Positions 6,723 through 13,625 of a DNA stretch of 13,625 nucleotides are shown piece after piece. The stretch is from Bacteroidia bacterium (GTDB lineage Bacteria; Bacteroidota; Bacteroidia; Bacteroidales; VadinHA17): assembly GCA_026391215.1 (NCBI GenBank), contig JAPLDX010000002.1, positions 1 to 13,625 of the forward strand. The letters run 5' to 3'. The notes beneath the pieces were generated by a model that saw nothing but the letters and a program-made list of their open reading frames with translations, had not been told where the DNA came from and did not search any database. Numbering within the stretch: position 1 is the first letter of the stretch; the number at the start of each line of letters is the position of its first letter. A program made the translations under genes and the position numbers.

Positions 6723-7100
6723 ATGGCAGATCTTAAGAAATTTGCAGAAGAACTGGTTAACCTTTCTGTAAAAGAAGTAAACGAACTGGCAAAAATACTT
6801 AAAGAAGAGTATGGTATTGAACCGGCTGCTGCAGCTGTTGCTGTTGTCGGACCTGCTGCCGGTAGCGCAGCATCTGCTGCTGAAGAGAAAACATTATTCA
6901 CCGTATTTCTTAAAAGTGCAGGCGGACAGAAATTACAGATTGTTAAACTAGTTAAAGACATTACCGGTCTTGGACTTAAAGAAGCTAAAGCATTAGTTGA
7001 CGCTGCTCCGGGTCCAATTAAGGAAGGTGTTTCAAAAGATGAGGCTGAAGCTATTAAAAACCAATTAGTAGACGCAGGAGCTGAAGTTGAACTTAAATAA
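6723..7100 (+). CDS. rplL: 50S ribosomal protein bL12 (L7/L12)
   Basis: Ala-rich hinge, [14 protein letters not shown]-terminal GAEVELK. Confidence 0.99.
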   Translation: MADLKKFAEELVNLSVKEVNELAKILKEEYGIEPAAAAVAVVGPAAGSAASAAEEKTLFTVFLKSAGGQKLQIVKLVKDITGLGLKEAKALVDAAPGPIKEGVSKDEAEAIKNQLVDAGAEVELK

Positions 7101-7123
7101 ATTATACCACATTGCTGGGTCAT

Positions 7124-7160
7124 AGGTTTAGTCCCGAGTACTCGGGACTAGGCCTTTTGT
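7124..7160 (+). terminator. Intrinsic terminator/attenuator between rplL and rpoB
   Basis: AGGTTTAGTCCCGA-GTAC-TCGGGACTAGGCCT stem followed by an interrupted U-tract (TTTTGTTATTT). Confidence 0.8.
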
Positions 7161-7194
7161 TATTTAAATTGTAAGTTCACTTAATCCTTGTAAA

Positions 7195-10100
7195 ATGTCA
7201 TCAAAACATACCGACAGAATAAATTTTGCATCCAGGAAAATCCAGCTTGATTACCCTGATTTTCTGGAAATTCAGTTGAAATCGTTCTGTGAGTTCTTTC
7301 AGCTTGGAACAACTCCAGAGAACAGGAAAAAGGAAGGACTGTTTAAAGTATTTACTGAGAACTTTCCTATAACTGATACACGGAACAACTTTGTTCTGGA
7401 GTTCCTGGATTATTATATTGACCCTCCGCGATATACAATTGAAGAATGTATTGAGCGCGGACTCACGTTCAGCGTCCCTCTTAAAGCAAAACTGAAGCTA
7501 TATTGTACCGATCCTGAACATGAGGATTTCGATACCGTTATTCAGGATGTATATCTGGGAACAGTACCGTATATGACGGAACGCGGCACATTTGTTATCA
7601 ATGGTGCCGAAAGGGTTGTAGTATCACAATTACACAGATCTCCCGGGGTCTTTTTTGGCCAGAGTATTCATGCAAACGGTACAAAACTCTATTCAGCAAG
7701 AATAATACCTTTCAAAGGTTCCTGGATTGAGTTTGCAACCGACATCAATAACGTGATGTATGCATATATCGACAGGAAGAAAAAGCTGCCCGTCACAACA
7801 CTCCTTCGTGCAATCGGATTCGAAAGCGATAAGGAGATTCTTGAGATCTTTAACCTCGCGGAAGAACATAAAGTCTCCAAAACAAATATCAAGAAACTTG
7901 TTGGCCGCAAGCTGGCTGCCAGGGTTCTGAAAACATGGGTTGAAGATTTCGTGGATGAAGATACCGGAGAGGTTGTATCAATAGAAAGAAATGAAGTGAT
8001 CCTCGACAGGGAAACAACAATAGAACCTGAACACGTCGATCTTATCGTCGATTCAGGCGCAAAAACAATTTTACTGCATAAAGATGATTCAACCCTGTCA
8101 GATTACGCCATTATATATAATACACTGCAAAAAGATCCGTGCAACTCTGAAAAGGAAGCGGTCATCTATATCTACCGTCAGCTGCGCAACGCCGAACCAC
8201 CTGATGAGGCAACTGCCCGCGACGTGATTGACAAGCTTTTCTTCTCCGACAAGAGATATGATCTTGGAGAAGTTGGCCGTTACAGGATCAACAAGAAACT
8301 GGGACTCAATACTGAAATTAATGTCAAAATACTTACAAGGGAAGATATCATTAAGATCATTGAGTACCTTATTCAGCTTATAAACTCAAAGACTGAAGTT
8401 GATGATATTGACCACCTGAGCAACAGGAGAGTGCGTACCGTTGGTGAACAGCTTTATGCACAATTCGGAGTGGGACTTGCCCGTATGGCACGTACGATTC
8501 GTGAAAGAATGAATGTAAGGGATAATGAGGTATTTACACCTGTCGACCTTATTAATTCAAAAACCCTTTCATCGGTCATCAATTCATTTTTTGGAACAAA
8601 CCAGCTTTCACAGTTTATGGACCAGACCAACCCGCTGGCTGAGATGACTCATAAACGCCGTATGTCAGCTCTTGGTCCCGGAGGTCTTTCGCGCGAAAGA
8701 GCAGGTTTTGAGGTCAGGGACGTTCACTATACACATTATGGCCGCCTCTGCCCGATTGAAACTCCTGAAGGACCAAATATCGGACTTATTTCATCACTGT
8801 GCGTTTTTGCCAAGATCAATGGCCTTGGCTTTATAGAGACACCTTACCGAAAAGTGCATAATGCTCAGGTCGATTTTTCAAAGGACGGGATAGTCTGGCT
8901 CAGTGCAGAAGAAGAAGAAGAGAAGATGATAGCTCAGGCCAATGCTCCTCTCCAGAAAGACGGACATTTTGAGGATGCAAGGGCAAAATGCAGATATGAA
9001 GCCGATTATCCATTTGAAGAGGTATCGAAAATTGACATGATGGACGTCGCTCCAAACCAGATAGCATCTATAGCAGCATCTCTTATACCATTCCTTGAAC
9101 ACGATGATGCAAACAGGGCACTCATGGGATCAAACATGATGCGCCAGGCAGTTCCTCTTATTAATCCTGAATCCTCAATAGTGGGTACCGGACTTGAAAC
9201 ACAGGTTATTAAGGACAGCCGTATTCTGATCGTGGCTGAAGGTGACGGTGTTGTGGAATATGTCGATGCAAATGAAATAGTCATCAGGTATATACGCTCT
9301 GATGAAGAGAAATTTGTGAGCTTCGATGACGATATAAAGAAATATTCGCTTCCGAAATATAAAAAGACAAACCAGAATACATGTATTAACCTGATCCCTG
9401 TTGTCAAAAAAGGCGAAAAAGTCAAGAAAGGACAGGCTCTTACTGAAGGCTATGGTACAAAGAACGGGGAACTTGCTCTGGGAAGAAACCTTAAAGTGGC
9501 ATTCATGCCGTGGAAAGGCTATAACTTTGAGGATGCTATAGTAATCTCCGAAAAGGTTGTGCAGGAAGATATGTTTACATCTGTTCATATTGATGAATAT
9601 CTTCTTGAGGTGCGTGATACAAAACGCGGACTGGAGGAACTTACATCTGACATTCCGAATGTCAGCGAGGAAGCAACAAAAAATCTCGATGAGAATGGTC
9701 TTATCAGGATCGGCGCACACATCAGACCAGGCGATATCATGATAGGTAAGATCACACCAAAGGGAGAGTCTGATCCTTCTCCTGAGGAAAAGCTTCTGCG
9801 TGCCATCTTCGGTGATAAAGCAGGTGATGTCAAAGATGCATCACTGAAGGCAGGTCCATCGCTTGAGGGTGTTGTAATTGACAAGAAACTATTTACCCGG
9901 GCCATCAAGGACAGGAAAACCAAAGCTGTGGAAAAACCTATGCTTGAAAAGATCGAGCATGAATTCAATAAGAGCGTTAATGACCTTAAAGCAAGGCTCA
10001 TTGACAAGCTTTTTATACTTGTAAACGGGAAAACATCACAGGGCGTCAAGGATTACCTTAATGTTGATGTCATACCAAAAGGAAGCAAATTCACTCTTAA

Positions 10101-11004
10101 ACAGCTTCAGGAAGTTGATTTCCTTAATGTCAATCCCAACAAGTGGACCACCGACAAGAAGAAAAACGACAGCATCAAGCAACTCCTTCATAATTATATA
10201 ATTAAATATAAAGAGATTGACGGAGTATATAAGCGTAACAAGTACAACATCACCATCGGTGATGAACTGCCTGCAGGTATTGTCCGCCTTGCAAAGGTTT
10301 ACATAGCTAAAAAACGCAAAGTCAAGGTCGGAGACAAAATGGCCGGACGCCATGGTAATAAGGGAATTGTTGCCAGGATTGTTCGCCAGGAAGATATGCC
10401 TTTCCTTGAAGATGGTACACCGGTCGATATAGTCCTTAATCCCCTCGGGGTTCCTTCAAGGATGAACCTTGGACAGATTTATGAAACTGTTCTCGGCTGG
10501 GCAGGACAGAAACTCGGACTCAAATTCTCGACACCGATCTTTGATGGTGCTACTATTGACCAGATTACAGAATACACTGAAAAGGCAGAACTTCCGAAAT
10601 ATGGCAAGACATATCTTTTTGACGGTGGCACCGGAGAAAGATTTGACCAGCCTGCCACAGTGGGTGTTATCTATATGCTCAAGCTTGGTCATATGGTTGA
10701 TGACAAAATGCATGCCCGTTCCATCGGTCCCTATTCTCTTATCACCCAGCAGCCATTAGGCGGTAAAGCCCAGTTTGGGGGACAGCGTTTTGGGGAAATG
10801 GAAGTATGGGCTCTTGAAGCTTTCGGAGCTGCACATATCCTTCAGGAAATACTGACAATCAAGTCGGATGATGTCATTGGCCGCGCGAAAGCCTATGAAT
10901 CAATCGTCAAGGGAGAACCGATGCCATTACCAGGGATACCTGAATCACTGAACGTGCTGCTGCACGAGCTTAGAGGTCTGGGACTGAGTGTTATTCTTGA
11001 TTAA
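7195..11004 (+). CDS. rpoB: DNA-directed RNA polymerase subunit beta
   Basis: 1269 aa; [12 protein letters not shown]...[28 protein letters not shown] and [14 protein letters not shown] motifs. Confidence 0.99.
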   Translation: MSSKHTDRINFASRKIQLDYPDFLEIQLKSFCEFFQLGTTPENRKKEGLFKVFTENFPITDTRNNFVLEFLDYYIDPPRYTIEECIERGLTFSVPLKAKLKLYCTDPEHEDFDTVIQDVYLGTVPYMTERGTFVINGAERVVVSQLHRSPGVFFGQSIHANGTKLYSARIIPFKGSWIEFATDINNVMYAYIDRKKKLPVTTLLRAIGFESDKEILEIFNLAEEHKVSKTNIKKLVGRKLAARVLKTWVEDFVDEDTGEVVSIERNEVILDRETTIEPEHVDLIVDSGAKTILLHKDDSTLSDYAIIYNTLQKDPCNSEKEAVIYIYRQLRNAEPPDEATARDVIDKLFFSDKRYDLGEVGRYRINKKLGLNTEINVKILTREDIIKIIEYLIQLINSKTEVDDIDHLSNRRVRTVGEQLYAQFGVGLARMARTIRERMNVRDNEVFTPVDLINSKTLSSVINSFFGTNQLSQFMDQTNPLAEMTHKRRMSALGPGGLSRERAGFEVRDVHYTHYGRLCPIETPEGPNIGLISSLCVFAKINGLGFIETPYRKVHNAQVDFSKDGIVWLSAEEEEEKMIAQANAPLQKDGHFEDARAKCRYEADYPFEEVSKIDMMDVAPNQIASIAASLIPFLEHDDANRALMGSNMMRQAVPLINPESSIVGTGLETQVIKDSRILIVAEGDGVVEYVDANEIVIRYIRSDEEKFVSFDDDIKKYSLPKYKKTNQNTCINLIPVVKKGEKVKKGQALTEGYGTKNGELALGRNLKVAFMPWKGYNFEDAIVISEKVVQEDMFTSVHIDEYLLEVRDTKRGLEELTSDIPNVSEEATKNLDENGLIRIGAHIRPGDIMIGKITPKGESDPSPEEKLLRAIFGDKAGDVKDASLKAGPSLEGVVIDKKLFTRAIKDRKTKAVEKPMLEKIEHEFNKSVNDLKARLIDKLFILVNGKTSQGVKDYLNVDVIPKGSKFTLKQLQEVDFLNVNPNKWTTDKKKNDSIKQLLHNYIIKYKEIDGVYKRNKYNITIGDELPAGIVRLAKVYIAKKRKVKVGDKMAGRHGNKGIVARIVRQEDMPFLEDGTPVDIVLNPLGVPSRMNLGQIYETVLGWAGQKLGLKFSTPIFDGATIDQITEYTEKAELPKYGKTYLFDGGTGERFDQPATVGVIYMLKLGHMVDDKMHARSIGPYSLITQQPLGGKAQFGGQRFGEMEVWALEAFGAAHILQEILTIKSDDVIGRAKAYESIVKGEPMPLPGIPESLNVLLHELRGLGLSVILD

Positions 11005-11055
11005 CATCTCATACCGCGTTATTATATTAATAATTGAGTAAAAAAAAATCAATAT

Positions 11056-13625
11056 ATGTCATTCAGAAGAGATAACAAAGCAAAAACAAGTTACTCAAAG
11101 ATCTCAATAGGTCTTGCTTCACCTGAAGAAATACTCGACCGTTCGAGCGGTGAAGTGCTGAAGCCTGAGACAATCAACTATCGTACCTATAAACCCGAAC
11201 GTGACGGATTATTCTGTGAGAGGATATTTGGTCCGGTAAAAGATTACGAATGTCATTGCGGAAAGTACAAGCGGATACGCTATAAAGGTATTGTTTGTGA
11301 CCGCTGCGGTGTAGAAGTCACTGAAAAAAAGGTGCGCCGTGAAAGGATGGGACATATTTCACTTGTTGTCCCTGTTGCGCATATCTGGTACTTCCGCTCA
11401 TTGCCCAACAAGATTGGTTATCTTCTCGGACTGCCAACGAAGAAACTCGATTCAATAATATATTATGAGAGATACGTCGTTGTAAATCCCGGAGTGAAAG
11501 CCGTGGATGGCGTAAAGGCTCTTGATTTCCTTACTGAAGAGGAGTATATGGATATAATTGAATCGCTGCCGAAGGAAAACCAATATCTGGAAGATAATCA
11601 TCCGGATAAGTTTGTTGCAGATATGGGTGCTGAAGCTTTGTACAAGCTTCTGGGCCGCCTTGACCTGGATGAGATGTCTTATACGCTTCGTCACAGGGCA
11701 AATACTGAAACATCTCAGCAACGTAAGAATGAAGCTCTCAAGCGCTTACAGGTTGTCGAGGCTTTCAGGGATTCAAAGCATGTCAACAAGCCGGAATGGA
11801 TGATAATTAAGGTAGTCCCGGTTATTCCGCCTGAGTTGCGTCCTCTCGTTCCTCTTGATGGCGGCCGTTTCGCCACCAGCGACCTGAACGACCTGTATAG
11901 AAGGGTAATAATAAGAAATAACCGCCTGAAAAGGCTTATAGAGATCAAAGCACCTGAAGTGATCCTCAGAAATGAAAAAAGAATGCTCCAGGAAGCCGTT
12001 GACTCACTTTTCGATAATTCTCGAAAAGCCAACGCGGTAAAGACAGATGCCAACAGGCCTCTTAAATCATTGAGCGACAGTCTTAAAGGGAAACAGGGAA
12101 GGTTCCGTCAGAACCTCCTTGGTAAAAGGGTTGATTACTCTGCCCGTTCGGTTATTGTTGTGGGTCCTGAGCTTAATCTTCATGAATGCGGCCTGCCAAA
12201 AGATATGGCTGCAGAACTTTACAAGCCTTTTATTATCCGCAAGCTTATAGAGCGGGGAATAGTAAAAACAGTCAAATCAGCCAAGAAAATAGTTGACAGG
12301 AAAGATCCCGTAGTATGGGATATCCTGGAAAATGTGCTTAAGGGACATCCGGTATTGCTGAACCGTGCACCTACACTTCACAGGCTTGGTATCCAGGCCT
12401 TCCAGCCAAAACTGATTGAAGGCAAGGCAATACAGCTTCACCCTCTGGTATGTACAGCTTTTAACGCTGACTTTGATTGTGACCAGATGGCCGTTCATTT
12501 GCCTCTTGGCAACGGAGCAGTGCTTGAGGCACAGATGCTTATGCTTGCTTCACATAATATTCTTAACCCTGCTAACGGAGCGCCAATTACTGTCCCATCG
12601 CAGGATATGGTACTCGGACTTTATTATATGACGAAAGGGAAAAAGAGTACAGATAAGGAGAAAGTGAAGGGAGAAGGTCTTACGTTCTATTCTCCGAAAG
12701 AGGTGATAATAGCTCATAATGAAACCAAGGTTGATCTGCATGCCATAATCAAGGTAAAAGTTTTTGACAGGATTGATGGAAAAATGGTACACCATATTGT
12801 TGAAACAACAGTAGGCAGGGTGCTCTTTAACCAGCACGTGCCTGAAGAAGTTGGGTATATCAATGAGATCCTGACAAAAAAATCCCTCAGGGACATTATC
12901 GGACGTGTTCTGAAACTTTCCGGAATGGCAAAAACTGCCGATTTCCTCGATGCAATAAAGAACCTGGGATTCTTTTCCGCCTTCAAGGGTGGTTTGTCAT
13001 TTAACCTCGATGATGTCATTATTCCGGAAGAAAAAACGAAGTTTGTTACTGAAGGTTATGAGCAGGTTGAAGAAGTGCTGAGTAACTATAGCATGGGTTT
13101 TATTACAAATAATGAGCGATACAATCAGATAATAGATATCTGGACCCATGTCAACGCAAGGCTTACCCAGTCGCTGATGAAGCAGCTTTCGAATGATAAG
13201 CAGGGTTTCAATTCAGTTTATATGATGCTCGACTCGGGAGCAAGGGGCTCAAAAGAGCAGATCCGCCAGCTTTCGGGAATGAGGGGTCTTATGGCCAAGC
13301 CTCAGAAATCAGGAGCTACAGGTTCAGAGATCATTGAAAACCCGATCCTTTCTAATTTTAAAGAAGGTCTTTCAGTCCTTGAATACTTTATATCAACCCA
13401 CGGGGCTCGTAAAGGTCTTGCGGATACAGCCCTTAAGACAGCTGATGCCGGTTACCTTACACGCCGTCTGGTAGATGTTTCACAGGATGTCATTATTAAT
13501 GAAGAAGATTGCGGTACCCTGAGAGGCCTGGCAGCAACGGCAATCAAGAAGAATGAGGAAGTTGTTGAATCACTTTACGAAAGAATACTTGGACGTACAA
13601 CTGTCCATGATGTGTTCCATCCGCT
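11056..13625 (+). CDS. rpoC: DNA-directed RNA polymerase subunit beta', 3'-truncated by the window edge
   Basis: Translated by hand from the ATG at 11056 ([10 protein letters not shown]...): zinc finger [54 protein letters not shown], catalytic loop NADFDCDQM, bridge helix [26 protein letters not shown]. No stop seen before the window end. Confidence 0.98.
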   Translation, partial: MSFRRDNKAKTSYSKISIGLASPEEILDRSSGEVLKPETINYRTYKPERDGLFCERIFGPVKDYECHCGKYKRIRYKGIVCDRCGVEVTEKKVRRERMGHISLVVPVAHIWYFRSLPNKIGYLLGLPTKKLDSIIYYERYVVVNPGVKAVDGVKALDFLTEEEYMDIIESLPKENQYLEDNHPDKFVADMGAEALYKLLGRLDLDEMSYTLRHRANTETSQQRKNEALKRLQVVEAFRDSKHVNKPEWMIIKVVPVIPPELRPLVPLDGGRFATSDLNDLYRRVIIRNNRLKRLIEIKAPEVILRNEKRMLQEAVDSLFDNSRKANAVKTDANRPLKSLSDSLKGKQGRFRQNLLGKRVDYSARSVIVVGPELNLHECGLPKDMAAELYKPFIIRKLIERGIVKTVKSAKKIVDRKDPVVWDILENVLKGHPVLLNRAPTLHRLGIQAFQPKLIEGKAIQLHPLVCTAFNADFDCDQMAVHLPLGNGAVLEAQMLMLASHNILNPANGAPITVPSQDMVLGLYYMTKGKKSTDKEKVKGEGLTFYSPKEVIIAHNETKVDLHAIIKVKVFDRIDGKMVHHIVETTVGRVLFNQHVPEEVGYINEILTKKSLRDIIGRVLKLSGMAKTADFLDAIKNLGFFSAFKGGLSFNLDDVIIPEEKTKFVTEGYEQVEEVLSNYSMGFITNNERYNQIIDIWTHVNARLTQSLMKQLSNDKQGFNSVYMMLDSGARGSKEQIRQLSGMRGLMAKPQKSGATGSEIIENPILSNFKEGLSVLEYFISTHGARKGLADTALKTADAGYLTRRLVDVSQDVIINEEDCGTLRGLAATAIKKNEEVVESLYERILGRTTVHDVFHP

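Noticed and set aside
6692-7123. 143-aa ORF antisense to rplL, and the other nested or antisense ORFs in xerC, tuf, nusG, rplA, rplJ, rpoB and rpoC
   Set aside because: They are shadow frames of conserved genes with no recognisable motifs or expression signals.
8593-8680. Rifampicin-resistance change in RpoB (Ala at the E. coli S522 position)
   Set aside because: Q513, D516, H526 and S531 equivalents are wild type, and NPLAE is a common natural variant.
11040-11048. A9 homopolymer before rpoC as a phase-variation tract
   Set aside because: It is intergenic, precedes an essential gene, and fits the A-rich start context of the phylum.

Overview
Core housekeeping region of a Bacteroidota (most likely Bacteroidales) chromosome, with all genes on the + strand: 3' part of a ComEA-like helix-hairpin-helix gene, rpsU-xerC-hpf, four tRNAs (Thr-UGU, Tyr-GUA, Gly-UCC, Thr-GGU), tuf, tRNA-Trp, secE, nusG, rplK-rplA-rplJ-rplL, rpoB and the 5' part of rpoC. 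rpoC is missing from the ORF track because it runs off the window. The taxonomic call rests on TTTG-N19/20-TAnnTTTG promoters, A/T-rich mostly SD-less start regions, a bS21 with Tyr54, and gene order. I see no mobile element, CRISPR array, defence locus or novel multi-gene system. The points worth checking are fine-scale: the beta' catalytic motif reads NADFDCD instead of NADFDGD; tRNA-Gly has a compensated A53-U61 pair instead of G53-C61; a perfect Shine-Dalgarno precedes hpf but not rpsU; a hairpin plus boxA-like element precedes the tRNA-tuf operon; and there is a hairpin leader before rplK.
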